The position numbers and the translations under genes were made by a program. Shown piece by piece: positions 50,062-60,494 of a stretch of DNA of 64,000 nucleotides. Origin of the DNA: Cyanobacteriota bacterium. GTDB taxonomy: Bacteria; Cyanobacteriota; Cyanobacteriia; Cyanobacteriales; Nostocaceae. The DNA lies in NCBI GenBank assembly GCA_046045965.1, contig JBJOKS010000021.1, positions 32,001-96,000 of the forward strand, in the 5' to 3' direction. The notes below the pieces were generated by a model that saw nothing but the letters and a program-made list of their open reading frames with translations, did not search any database and had not been told where the DNA came from. Numbering within the stretch: the stretch's first letter is position 1; each line of letters begins with the position of its first letter.

Positions 50062-50820
50062 ATGTACGACGAAGACGATATAAACCTACTTGATACTGAG
50101 GCGGATTTAGAAAGCCCCCTAGACCAAATAGAACCAATTACCGCTGAATCAGAAATAGCCAAACCTGATCCAGACTTAATGCTGGCACTTTTGGAAGATC
50201 CTCTGTCCCAGCAACGAATGTTAGCAGCACGGGCATTTTGTGATATTCAAGATCAACGGGCAATTCCCCATTTAATTCGCCTATTAACTGATAATTGTCC
50301 CCTAGTGCGAGTCAGTGCCGCCTATGCCATCGGACGCAATACCAGTTCAGATGCCGTTGAGCCATTGATTAATCAACTCAATCGTGATTTTAATGGCTAT
50401 GTGCGAAAAGGCGTAGTTTGGGCTTTAGGAAACTGTCGCGATCGCCGTTCCTTAATACCCCTGGCAGATGCCCTCAGAACCGATATTTCCGCCGTGCGTC
50501 TCTGGTCGGCCAGCGCCCTAGCACAAATGGCAGGAGTCGGTTATGAAGTAGTTGTCGGCGCAATACCACCCTTAATTGAAGCCCTAGTTCAAGACCCCAC
50601 AGCCGCAGTGCGAAGTAACTCCGCTTGGGCAATAGGCCAACTGTGTAAGGAATTACCTTCTAATGTAGTTTATGCCACAGCTATCGACGCATTAATTCAA
50701 GCCTTTGCCGAAGATAAGGACTTGGGTGTTAGAGAAGATGCCAAAGCCTCACTCCTGGGAGTCGGTGATCCCCGTGGCTTACAATTAATTGAAACCCTAG
50801 AACAAGAAGGTTGGTTTTAA
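50062..50820 (+). CDS. HEAT-repeat (PBS lyase-like) protein
   Basis: Repeated VR..AA.ALG units. Confidence 0.85.
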   Translation: MYDEDDINLLDTEADLESPLDQIEPITAESEIAKPDPDLMLALLEDPLSQQRMLAARAFCDIQDQRAIPHLIRLLTDNCPLVRVSAAYAIGRNTSSDAVEPLINQLNRDFNGYVRKGVVWALGNCRDRRSLIPLADALRTDISAVRLWSASALAQMAGVGYEVVVGAIPPLIEALVQDPTAAVRSNSAWAIGQLCKELPSNVVYATAIDALIQAFAEDKDLGVREDAKASLLGVGDPRGLQLIETLEQEGWF

Positions 50821-50825
50821 CAGAA

Positions 50826-50936
50826 AGCAGGAGTCAGGAGTCAGGAGTCAGGGAGCAGGGAGCAGGGAGCAGGGAGCAGGGAGCAGAGGGAAAAGATTTT
50901 TACCAATTACCAATTACCAATTACCAATTACCCAAT
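50826..50936. repeat. STRR arrays (GGAGTCA, GGGAGCA, TTACCAA)
   Basis: Tandem 7-mers between convergent genes. Confidence 0.9.
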
Positions 50937-51601
50937 TCCCAATCAATTTCCGGTTTACCACAAGAGCGCAAAGCAGCATTAATAGCTGAAAAAGGTTTAC
51001 TGCCAAAAAATCCATTATGTGCAGACAGCGGTGAAGGATGAGCCGACTGTATAACAATATGTCGAGTTGTATCAATCAACTTCAACTTCTTTTGTGCATA
51101 TCCACCCCACAACACAAAAACCACTGGATCAGGTTTCTGATTCACCTTATTAATCACCGCATCCGTGAAAATTTCCCAACCTTTATTTTTATGAGAATTT
51201 GGTGTATGCGCTCTCACAGTCAGCACCGCATTTAACATCAACATACCCTGTTTAGCCCAATTCACCAAATAACCATGATTGGGAATATCAAAACCCACAT
51301 CCGTTTTTAGTTCTTTAAAAATATTCATCAGTGATGGAGGTGGTTTAATCCCTGGTTTAACAGAAAAGCATAATCCATGAGCTTGGTTTTGATTATGGTA
51401 CGGATCTTGCCCTAATAACAAAACATTTACCTGCTCATAACTCGTTAATTCCAAGGCAGAAAAAATATTTTCTGTTGGTGGATAAATAGTATAGGTTTCC
51501 TGTTCCTGCGCTAAGAAATCTTGCAGTTTACCAAAGTATGGTTTTTCCAGTTCTTCAGCTAAAATAGCTGTCCAAGAAATAGGTAGTTGCAGATTTTTCA
51601 T
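50921..51601 (-). CDS. ung: Uracil-DNA glycosylase family 1
   Basis: GQDPYH, PPSLMNI, HPSPLS. Confidence 0.96.
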   Translation of the reverse strand: MKNLQLPISWTAILAEELEKPYFGKLQDFLAQEQETYTIYPPTENIFSALELTSYEQVNVLLLGQDPYHNQNQAHGLCFSVKPGIKPPPSLMNIFKELKTDVGFDIPNHGYLVNWAKQGMLMLNAVLTVRAHTPNSHKNKGWEIFTDAVINKVNQKPDPVVFVLWGGYAQKKLKLIDTTRHIVIQSAHPSPLSAHNGFFGSKPFSAINAALRSCGKPEIDWELGNW

Positions 51602-51987
51602 TCAACTGGAGTTAGTTCAAAAGGACGTTCTGTATCATCTTCACCCAAATACTCACCATTTTGAATTTCCAGAATCACTAGAGGAATAGAACCGGGATTT
51701 TCTACCTTATGCAAAGTTGCTGCTGGTACATAAGTTGACTGATTACAATTCAGCAATATCTCTTCATCACCACAAGTTACCTTGGCTACACCAGAAACTA
51801 CCACCCAATGTTCATGACGATGATAATGGATTTGGGCTTTAATTCCATGTCGAGGTTTAATTTCCACCCGACTAATTCTATAATTTTCTCCTTGTTCTAT
51901 TACTTCAACGTTTCCCCAGTAACGTTCACCTGAATGAGAACAAGATTCATCTATATTGACATTCATTTCATTTGGTTGCTGATTCAT
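51598..51987 (-). CDS. Mannose-6-phosphate isomerase type II C-terminal cupin protein
   Basis: HYHRHEHWVVVSG, HKVENPG, EIQNGEYLGEDD. Confidence 0.85.
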   Translation of the reverse strand: MNQQPNEMNVNIDESCSHSGERYWGNVEVIEQGENYRISRVEIKPRHGIKAQIHYHRHEHWVVVSGVAKVTCGDEEILLNCNQSTYVPAATLHKVENPGSIPLVILEIQNGEYLGEDDTERPFELTPVE

Positions 51988-52055
51988 AAATGATTTTTAC
52001 CTGTACTAATTGTTAGATTTTAAACTGTGCATTTTAGATTGGATAACTGGCATTT

Positions 52056-53294
52056 TTAAGAATGCCTATTCTGTATAGATAAAGTTTTATTAGAAAATAA
52101 AAGTTGTTCAAATTCTATTTTTGGTAATGGACGACTGAATAAAAAACCTTGAATAGCATCACATTTATTTTCTCGCAAGAATAATAATTCTGATTCTGTT
52201 TCTACCCCTTCAGCAATAATTTTAAGATTTAAATCCTGAGCCATTTTAATCATTGATTTAGTAATGATTGACTTGGGGTAATCTTTATAGACATCTTGAA
52301 CAAAAGCACGATCAATTTTGATAGTATTAACAGGGAAAAGTTGCAGATAGTTTAAAGCCGAGTGTCCTGTACCAAAATCGTCAATTGCAATTTTCACTCC
52401 TAGTGAACGTAACTGTTTCATAATAGCGATCGCACAACTTACATTCTCCATAATCATTGTTTCAGTAACTTCAATTTCTAAGCAATTGGTATCTAAATCA
52501 TTAGTTTCTATCAAGTTAATAATTTGAGAACTTAAATCCGTTTGATTAAACTCAATTGCTGATAAATTGACAGCAAAAGTCAAAGAATTAATCCCTAAAT
52601 CGCGCCAAATTTTAATTTGTTGACAGACATTTTTTAATACCCAGTTGTCAATGTTAAAAATTAACCCATTTGCCTCTGCTAAAGGAATAAATTCTGCGGG
52701 AGAAATAAAACCTAACTCATAACTATGCCAACGTAATAAACTTTCAGCCCCAGTTATTCTGCCAGTATTGATATCAACAATTGGTTGGTAATAAATCTCA
52801 AACTCTTTAAAATCATGATTGAAAATCGCTTGGTGTAATTCTTTATTTAATAACTGCATTCTGGGGGTTAATTTATGAACCGCAGTTTGCACTGATAAAT
52901 GTTTTTTTAAATTGGCATATTTTTCTAATTTGTTCATAATCGCACTCAATAACTCAGAGCGGGTGAACGGCTTAGTTAAATAATCATCTGCACCCATATC
53001 CATGCCTTGACGAATATCAGATTTAGCAGATTTTGCCGTCAAAAAAATAAAGGGAATTGTCGAAGTTATTGGTTGTTGACGTACTGCTTTTAATACTTCA
53101 TAACCATCAAGCTCTGGCATCATCATGTCACATAAAATTAAATCTGGAACTTCAGAAATAGCTAAATTCAAGCCAATTTTTCCGTTAGCAGCAGAAACTG
53201 TTTCAAACTCCTCAGCCATTAACAAATCTAACAGGTTTTCCCGCACGGATTCTTCATCTTCTATGACTAAAATTTTGGGCATAATTAACCTCAT
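52056..53294 (-). CDS. REC-EAL response regulator (putative c-di-GMP phosphodiesterase)
   Basis: REC domain; YYQPIV, AESLLRW, IDDFGTG, IKID, AEGVET, QGFLFS. Confidence 0.9.
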   Translation of the reverse strand: MRLIMPKILVIEDEESVRENLLDLLMAEEFETVSAANGKIGLNLAISEVPDLILCDMMMPELDGYEVLKAVRQQPITSTIPFIFLTAKSAKSDIRQGMDMGADDYLTKPFTRSELLSAIMNKLEKYANLKKHLSVQTAVHKLTPRMQLLNKELHQAIFNHDFKEFEIYYQPIVDINTGRITGAESLLRWHSYELGFISPAEFIPLAEANGLIFNIDNWVLKNVCQQIKIWRDLGINSLTFAVNLSAIEFNQTDLSSQIINLIETNDLDTNCLEIEVTETMIMENVSCAIAIMKQLRSLGVKIAIDDFGTGHSALNYLQLFPVNTIKIDRAFVQDVYKDYPKSIITKSMIKMAQDLNLKIIAEGVETESELLFLRENKCDAIQGFLFSRPLPKIEFEQLLFSNKTLSIQNRHS

Positions 53295-56200
53295 ATTGTA
53301 TATTTTTTTAAAGGTAGTTGAACAATAAATTTTGTACCTGTGCCAATTTTGCTATTCACAGAAATTTCACCTTGGTAAATATCTACACATTTTTTTACAA
53401 TCGCTAGTCCTAATCCAGTACCTAAAATATTACCGACATTTCTAGCACGGTGGAAAGATTCAAATAAGTGCAGAAGGTCTTCTTCTGGAATCCCAATTCC
53501 TCGGTCTTGAACTTCAAATGTAGCTTGTTCATCTCTACAAGCAAGTGTAAATTTGACTAAGCTATCATCGGCAGAATATTTAATTGCATTTGAGAGTAAG
53601 TTACTGAGAATATGTCCTAATAATTTGTCATCCATATAGCAAGACATAGATTCACAGTTACTGCTAAAGGATATCAAATGCTGAGTCCTCAAATTCAACC
53701 GGATTTCTTCTACTAATTGACGACAGTATTTCACCAAGTCAAAAGATGAAGGTCTGTATTCCAGTTTTCCTGCTTCTGCCTTACCACTCACCAAGATATC
53801 ATCTAACATTTCTGTCATGCGGTGGACAGCGGTTTGAATCCGACGCAGATGAGTTAATTGCTTCTCCTGTGTCCATCTGTAACGGTAGTGTTCTAGCAAC
53901 TCCGAAGAAGACAGGATGGTACTCAAAGGGGTGCGAAATTCGTGGGAAGTCATGGAGATAAAACGGGATTTCAGCTCGTTGAGTTCTTTTTCTTTTTCTA
54001 GAGCTACTCTCAGTTCTTGCTCTAATTGCTTGCGACTGGTAATATCTGCCCAGTATCCCACAAGTTCTAAAGGGTTGCCAGCGTCATCCCAAACTACCTT
54101 ACCTTGATCATATACCCAGCGATAAGTACCATCTTGGTGTAAAAAGCGATATTCTAGATTATACTGTGTGTTCTCTAAAACCTCTGAGAGTTCTGTCAGT
54201 ACAGATGGAGCATCTTCAGGGTGAATATGAGCATACCAAAAACTGGAATCTTCAACAAATTCCCGTGCTGCATAGCCTACCATACCTTTGATATTATCAC
54301 TGATAAAAATAGCACCAAAATCTTCTGTGACTTTGCTGGTATAGATCACAGCTGGACTAGCTGTGAGTAAGTATTGTAGCCTTTGTTGGCTAATCAATAA
54401 AGCTGTTTCTGTTTGCTTGCGTTCAGTAATATCATTTTGAATACCGATATAGTGTGTAAGATAACCATATACATCATAGACAGGAGAAATATTTAACTCA
54501 TGCCAAAATAAGTTCCCATCTTGACTATAATTACGTAAAACAACTGTACAGTCTTGTCCTGCTTCCATAGCAGTTCTCAGTTCTTCTAAAGCTTGTTGAT
54601 TGATATCAACATCTTGAACAAAGGGAAAATGCTGCCCTAAAACCTCAGCAACCGAGTAACCAGTCATGCGTTCAAAAGCAGAATTGACGTAGATAATTGA
54701 ACTCTCAGGACTGGTAACATCAGCAATAACAATGCCATTACTACTAGCAGCGATCGCTCGATCACGCAGTCGTAAACCTTCCTCGATTAATTTGCGCTGG
54801 GTTATATCTGTACAAATACTAATAACTGCCACAATATCACCAGTAGCATCTTTAATGGCATCTGTACGCAAGTCAATTTTTACACTCTCTCCATTGCGAG
54901 TTTTCATAGTTACTTCGCCATGCCAAGACTGACCTTGCTGGACTGTCTGAAATACTCTCTTAAATAACTCTTTATTCCTAAAATTAGCTGCCAGACCACC
55001 ATAGGCATTTAATTGAATTCCCGTATAATCAAATACTTCTCTAAAGGCAGGATTAACATAGATAGCCTGACCTGCAATATCTGTAATACTAATAGCATCA
55101 CTTGTACTTTCTATTGCTTTCTGCAACCTTAATAAAGACTTTTCTGTTAATTTACGTTCTGTGATATCGCGAGTAACCTGAGAGAAACCTCGTAGCTGTC
55201 CATTTTCATCATGCAATGGAGTTAAAATACAATTTGCCCAAAAGTGAGAGCCATCTTTGCGAACAAAAATACTCTCACATTCACATCTGTCATTAGTCTT
55301 GGCTATTTCTAGTTGTTGTTTGGGAATATGATTTAAAATATCTTCCTGTCGGAAAAAGCAACAGAAATTATGCCCAATAATTTCTGATGACTGATATCCA
55401 GTAATACATTCTGCCCCAGAATTCCAACTCATCACCTTCCCTTCAGGGTCAAGCATATAAATTGCATAATCTTTCACACCTTCAACCAATAGACGTAAAT
55501 ATTCTTCACTTTTACGTAATTCTTGTTCAGCCAGTTTTCGGTCTGTAATATCTGTGGAAATACCACAAACAGCATAAGTAATACCATTGACATCTTTTAA
55601 AGGAAACTTCACAGACAAATAGTTGTGTAAGCCATCTGGGTGAGTAGCAAATTCTTCAAATTCTTGAGGAATACCACCAGCAATAACCTCAGCATTGTTG
55701 ACGACAAATGCTTCAGCAATATCATGAGGCCAGATATCATATAAACTTTTACCTGATACCTGCTCTTGAGTAGTATGAAAGAGCTTTTCATATTGGCGGT
55801 TAACTAGCAGGTATTTATTTTCCCTGTCCAGTAAATACACAACTCCTGGGAAATTATCCAAAATTGCCTGTAGCTGCTGTTGGGTTTCCCATAATTTAGC
55901 CGCTTCCTGTTTACGAACAGTGATATCTCGATCAATACCACGATAACCACAAAATTTACCCTGGACATCAAAAATGGGTACTCCGTTAGTTTCCAGAAAC
56001 ACTAAATGACCATCTTTATGCACATTAGTATTTTCCAGACATTTAAAACATCCTCTGACAGCAAAAATCGGCACTAAAATATTGCCCACACGCTCTGCTT
56101 CTTCAGGTGACATTAGTGCAAATGGAGTTTTTCCTAAAACTTCCTGGGGTTCATAACCTAACATTTCCCGTACTTTAGGACTAACATAGGTATAAACGGC

Positions 56201-57487
56201 ATTTTCATCAATTTCCCATACCCAATCACTACTAGCTTCAACTAAATTGCGGAAACGTTCTTCACTCTCTCTCAGCGCAATTTCTGTGGATACGCGATCA
56301 TGAATATCTGTGTTAGTTCCGAACCAATTAATAATTTGTCCTTGGCGATCGCGCAATGGTAAAGCACGTCCTAAATGCCAGCGATAGCTTCCTGAAGCTT
56401 TTTCCCACAACCGAAATTCTATTTCGTAATTTGTACCTGTGGCTAAAGATTGATTCCAAGCATTGATACTTGCTGGTAAGTCATCAGGATGCACCCAATT
56501 CTGCCACTGCTCTCCTAGAACTTGCTCTGGAATACAGCCGAAGTAATTAAGAGTACGTTGGTTTATATACTCAAGACTACCATCAGTATTAGCAATCCAG
56601 ACTTGTTGGGGAATAGATTCAGCTAGAAAGCGAAAACGTTCCGCACTTTTTTCTAAAGCTTCCTGTTCCTGCATCCGCTCGGTAATATCTTCCATTGTTC
56701 CCAGCATACCTACTACTTTTCCTTCAGTATCTAAGAGGGGAACTTTATTAGTTTCTAGCCAAATCTGACTGCCATCAGCTTGCTGTTTAGTTCCAATAGC
56801 ATGATATTCAGCCTGGTTATTTTGCATCACCACCGCATCATAAGCACGATAAAATTCGGCTTCTTCCTGGTGGGGAACTAGATCATAGTCTGTTTTCCCA
56901 ACAATTTCTTCTGGATTTTCAACACCAACCATTTGGGCAAATTTGCGATTGCAACCCAAGAAGTTGGAATTAATATCTTTCCAGAAAATACTATGGGGCA
57001 TGGTATTCATAATTAATTGCAACATCTGCTGAGATTGCAGAAGTTGATTTTCTACTATCTGATCCTGGCTAATTTGCTCTTGTACTTGTGCCAGTGCCAG
57101 ACAAATACTTTCCGGCGTAATCACTCCCACAATTTGATCATGCTCATCTACAACCGATAATAATTGCCACTCAGACTGAAACAACAGAGATGCTACAGTT
57201 GCCAAAGCGTTAACGGACTGTATTTTTATTTCACTAACAGAAGTCTGCATCACTTCAGCAATTTTGGCAGTTTTCAAGTCAGATCCTAAAGCGATCAGTC
57301 TTACTATATCTTTTTGTGTTAAGTATCCTACTAATAGGGATGCTGACTTTACCAACACAGCTTTACCGTGTCTTGCCATCAGCGCGATCGCATCTAAAAC
57401 AGTTGTTTCCAGCGCAACCGTCAGCGGCGAATAGTCAATAATTGACTCTAAGCTTTGTAGGACAAGATAGTTAGGCGATGCTTGCAT
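53291..57487 (-). CDS. CBS + multi-PAS sensor histidine kinase
   Basis: N-terminal CBS pair, about seven PAS/PAC units ending DIT.RK-like, SHEFRTPL H-box, GTGLGL. Confidence 0.9.
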   Translation of the reverse strand: MQASPNYLVLQSLESIIDYSPLTVALETTVLDAIALMARHGKAVLVKSASLLVGYLTQKDIVRLIALGSDLKTAKIAEVMQTSVSEIKIQSVNALATVASLLFQSEWQLLSVVDEHDQIVGVITPESICLALAQVQEQISQDQIVENQLLQSQQMLQLIMNTMPHSIFWKDINSNFLGCNRKFAQMVGVENPEEIVGKTDYDLVPHQEEAEFYRAYDAVVMQNNQAEYHAIGTKQQADGSQIWLETNKVPLLDTEGKVVGMLGTMEDITERMQEQEALEKSAERFRFLAESIPQQVWIANTDGSLEYINQRTLNYFGCIPEQVLGEQWQNWVHPDDLPASINAWNQSLATGTNYEIEFRLWEKASGSYRWHLGRALPLRDRQGQIINWFGTNTDIHDRVSTEIALRESEERFRNLVEASSDWVWEIDENAVYTYVSPKVREMLGYEPQEVLGKTPFALMSPEEAERVGNILVPIFAVRGCFKCLENTNVHKDGHLVFLETNGVPIFDVQGKFCGYRGIDRDITVRKQEAAKLWETQQQLQAILDNFPGVVYLLDRENKYLLVNRQYEKLFHTTQEQVSGKSLYDIWPHDIAEAFVVNNAEVIAGGIPQEFEEFATHPDGLHNYLSVKFPLKDVNGITYAVCGISTDITDRKLAEQELRKSEEYLRLLVEGVKDYAIYMLDPEGKVMSWNSGAECITGYQSSEIIGHNFCCFFRQEDILNHIPKQQLEIAKTNDRCECESIFVRKDGSHFWANCILTPLHDENGQLRGFSQVTRDITERKLTEKSLLRLQKAIESTSDAISITDIAGQAIYVNPAFREVFDYTGIQLNAYGGLAANFRNKELFKRVFQTVQQGQSWHGEVTMKTRNGESVKIDLRTDAIKDATGDIVAVISICTDITQRKLIEEGLRLRDRAIAASSNGIVIADVTSPESSIIYVNSAFERMTGYSVAEVLGQHFPFVQDVDINQQALEELRTAMEAGQDCTVVLRNYSQDGNLFWHELNISPVYDVYGYLTHYIGIQNDITERKQTETALLISQQRLQYLLTASPAVIYTSKVTEDFGAIFISDNIKGMVGYAAREFVEDSSFWYAHIHPEDAPSVLTELSEVLENTQYNLEYRFLHQDGTYRWVYDQGKVVWDDAGNPLELVGYWADITSRKQLEQELRVALEKEKELNELKSRFISMTSHEFRTPLSTILSSSELLEHYRYRWTQEKQLTHLRRIQTAVHRMTEMLDDILVSGKAEAGKLEYRPSSFDLVKYCRQLVEEIRLNLRTQHLISFSSNCESMSCYMDDKLLGHILSNLLSNAIKYSADDSLVKFTLACRDEQATFEVQDRGIGIPEEDLLHLFESFHRARNVGNILGTGLGLAIVKKCVDIYQGEISVNSKIGTGTKFIVQLPLKKYTI

Positions 57488-57512
57488 ATTTTCCCAAAAA
57501 GATAAATATTCC

Positions 57513-60365
57513 CTATTCCCTATTCCCTATTTGATTAATTACTCTCCTCTCACCGTAACGTAATAACCTTTCTATAGTTAACAGCCGATTTTCCCATACT
57601 TTAACTCGATAGGGATTGTCTTTGGCCGCTGAACTCATCCAAATTTTAAATTTAGCCTGGAAACGAGTAAGTTCTCCTCTGGCAATAATTAAATTACTCG
57701 CAGAAGGAAAAGCTGCCAACTGATTTAAAGCATTTTGCAACTTCTGGGACTGATTCTCAAAATCAGCAATTGTAGTTACCGACTTAGACAATTGTTCATT
57801 ATTTTCTCTTACAAACTGCCATTCTTGCTGTAAAGCAGTAAAACGAAAAGCCGCAGTCCGAAATGGTTGACGTTGAGGAATAGGTTCAGTATGTGAACGT
57901 TGTATCTTACCTTGAGTATTACTCAATAATTCATCTAATGCACTGTTAAAATTCTCCGCCGCAAACAAGGCATAACCGCTAACAGGTAAATCCCTCAGTA
58001 ATTGTAGTTGATCAAAAGCTCCCACCGTCGGCAAAGAAAGCAAACGAATCCCTGGAACTAATAAAGTAGAACCTAACTGAGTAGAATTAATCCAAGGTTG
58101 GGCTAGTCTTTGAAAACGAGGAGTATCCAAAGCATAAGTCATTGGCACAATTAAATCTATATCACCTCTTCTAGCCCAAACTTCCCAATGCTGTTGAATC
58201 TTTTGAACTCGTTCATATTCTCCCAAAGGAAACACAGCTACTGACAAAATTAAAGAAGATCGCTTTTTTCGCAGCATCTGTGAAACTTCAGCCACAAAAC
58301 TATCAACTTTTTCAGTGCGGAATGCAGTCCACTTTTGCCACAAGTCCCGCTGACTAGGAATAATATTCACAGGATCTACACCATTCTGCTGTTGAAATTG
58401 CTCCCTTGCTGCTTTACCATAACCGTAAATTCTACCAGAAAAAGGATCTTGGAAAGGATAGCGAATATAGTCGAGTTGTATGCCATCAACTTGATATTTA
58501 CTAACTATTTCTGCGTACAGCTTTAATAAATATTGTCTAACTTCGGGATTAGCAGGATCTAAAAAAGGCTTAGTTTGACCAGCAGGAATCATTTGACCTC
58601 TTTGATCATAATTTGCCCAATTAGGATTAGCTGCTAATACAGGACCTGGATAATCAGAATTAACCCCAATAATTTCATTATGACGGACATTTCCAGCAGC
58701 AAAAGTCCACACCCAAGCGTGTAATTCCATCCCCCTTGCATGGGCTAATTTAACAGCTGATGCCAGTGGGTCCCAGTCTTTAATCAAAGGGTTCTGTTGT
58801 GGTGCAACCTGACTCGGATAAATAGTATAACTAGCATTAACAGTTTCAAAAAATACGGTATTAATTCCTGCTTTCGCCAAGCGATCAAAAATCTGTCTTA
58901 ATCCCGCTTCATTCCCTGCATTAACTATTGTCCCTCTGTCTAACCAAACTGCGCGAATTTCTGGTTGAGCTATGCGCTGATTAACAGGAAACTGCTGCCA
59001 TAAATTCCTCTTTGTATTTAACCATTGCTGACGTGCCAAGGCATAATTTTTTTGGGAAATTAACACAGGAATATTTTTGGCAACTTCCCTCGCTTGGGCT
59101 AAAGTTTCCTCTAAACTTGGATTTGTTATAGTGGTAGATGTTTTTGCACTTTCTCCCGTCAAAGATGGAGAGTTCCTATTGTTAGTCGCACCACCAGCTA
59201 AAGCTGCTAAATGGGTGCTTTCTACTCTACCAATTAGATTTTCTAACTCTTGTTGTAAAGCTATTGCATCACTACTAGAAATTGGTTGATGAGAATTAGG
59301 TATAACATCTAATCTTACTGTTGTTTGCAGTAAATCAATTTCTTCCTGCAAGTTTTGAGGTGTGACTTTAAGAATAGGCTGGGGTTGAGGCTTTATATTC
59401 TCTACAGTTACCCGTCCAGTTTGAGTTGCTGGTTTTGATGGATTAGGTTTTTTACTAACAGTTACCCGTCTGTTTTGAGTTGCTAATTTTGGTGAATTGG
59501 GTTTTTTGCTAACAGTTACCCGTCTGTTTTGATTTCCTGGTTTAGTTGGATTTTTTTTACTAATTGCCGGAGTTTTTATTGTATTTTTATTAACTGACGA
59601 CGGTGGACAGTTTAAAGTAGGATTTACCCCTTGTGCAGTTGATAATTTTAAATAACTATTGAGTAAAGCTTTCAACCAAGCAGTATCTAACTCTTTTGTA
59701 GAAGCTGTATCTGTTCCCCAGCGCCAACCTAAAAAAGTCGAACGTTCAGTTATTAATACTGCTGCTGCCTGATCTTGAGAATTCCAAACAGCCGCAATCT
59801 GAGTGTTAGAATTATCAGGAATCATCACCGCACCCAGCACTTTACTAAAGAGTTCTTTTTGGGTTGCCCATTCCTGTGTATTGGTTTTTGCAGGTTGTAA
59901 TTCTTGAGCATCATTGAGGTTAAAACCCCAATAACCACCTAGCATATTTCGTAATGATTGGCGCACTCCTAAACTTGATAAAGTACCTACAGAACCACTG
60001 GCAATTAAACGCCCTCCTCTTCTCATCCATTCCTCTAAAGCCATCGCTTGTACTGGCGTTAATGTCTCCACATTTGGCAATAACAATACCCGTTGTTGAC
60101 CTATATCTTCCACATTATTGATATGAGCTAGAGGAATTACACAATATTTTGCACCTACAGCCTGTAAGCGTTTATTAATCTCTGTCCATTGCTCGACATT
60201 TTCCTGGCTTTGAATTACATTCAATACTCCTGTTGGTGTTGCCGCATTTGCGGGTAATATTCCCCAAATATTAAACATTAAAAAATTCAACTTTAAACAA
60301 AATAATCCCACTGTCTTGAATGGGAATTTCATATAGTTTCTAAATTTTAATTCGTGAGTATTCAC
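57513..60365 (-). CDS. Glycoside hydrolase-like family 10 (GHL10/DUF187) protein
   Basis: EIRAVWLD, GMELHAW, LDPANPEV, DGIQLDYIRYP, PMTY. Confidence 0.85.
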   Translation of the reverse strand: MNTHELKFRNYMKFPFKTVGLFCLKLNFLMFNIWGILPANAATPTGVLNVIQSQENVEQWTEINKRLQAVGAKYCVIPLAHINNVEDIGQQRVLLLPNVETLTPVQAMALEEWMRRGGRLIASGSVGTLSSLGVRQSLRNMLGGYWGFNLNDAQELQPAKTNTQEWATQKELFSKVLGAVMIPDNSNTQIAAVWNSQDQAAAVLITERSTFLGWRWGTDTASTKELDTAWLKALLNSYLKLSTAQGVNPTLNCPPSSVNKNTIKTPAISKKNPTKPGNQNRRVTVSKKPNSPKLATQNRRVTVSKKPNPSKPATQTGRVTVENIKPQPQPILKVTPQNLQEEIDLLQTTVRLDVIPNSHQPISSSDAIALQQELENLIGRVESTHLAALAGGATNNRNSPSLTGESAKTSTTITNPSLEETLAQAREVAKNIPVLISQKNYALARQQWLNTKRNLWQQFPVNQRIAQPEIRAVWLDRGTIVNAGNEAGLRQIFDRLAKAGINTVFFETVNASYTIYPSQVAPQQNPLIKDWDPLASAVKLAHARGMELHAWVWTFAAGNVRHNEIIGVNSDYPGPVLAANPNWANYDQRGQMIPAGQTKPFLDPANPEVRQYLLKLYAEIVSKYQVDGIQLDYIRYPFQDPFSGRIYGYGKAAREQFQQQNGVDPVNIIPSQRDLWQKWTAFRTEKVDSFVAEVSQMLRKKRSSLILSVAVFPLGEYERVQKIQQHWEVWARRGDIDLIVPMTYALDTPRFQRLAQPWINSTQLGSTLLVPGIRLLSLPTVGAFDQLQLLRDLPVSGYALFAAENFNSALDELLSNTQGKIQRSHTEPIPQRQPFRTAAFRFTALQQEWQFVRENNEQLSKSVTTIADFENQSQKLQNALNQLAAFPSASNLIIARGELTRFQAKFKIWMSSAAKDNPYRVKVWENRLLTIERLLRYGERRVINQIGNRE

Positions 60366-60494
60366 GACTTCTTCCTCACATATTAATATATAACAATAGA
60401 TAGACCCCCAAGTTCTCTAAGAAGTCGGGGATCTGGGTATTATTCCCTATTAAAATTTCCCTACAACTAACAACTGACTACTGACTACTGACTT

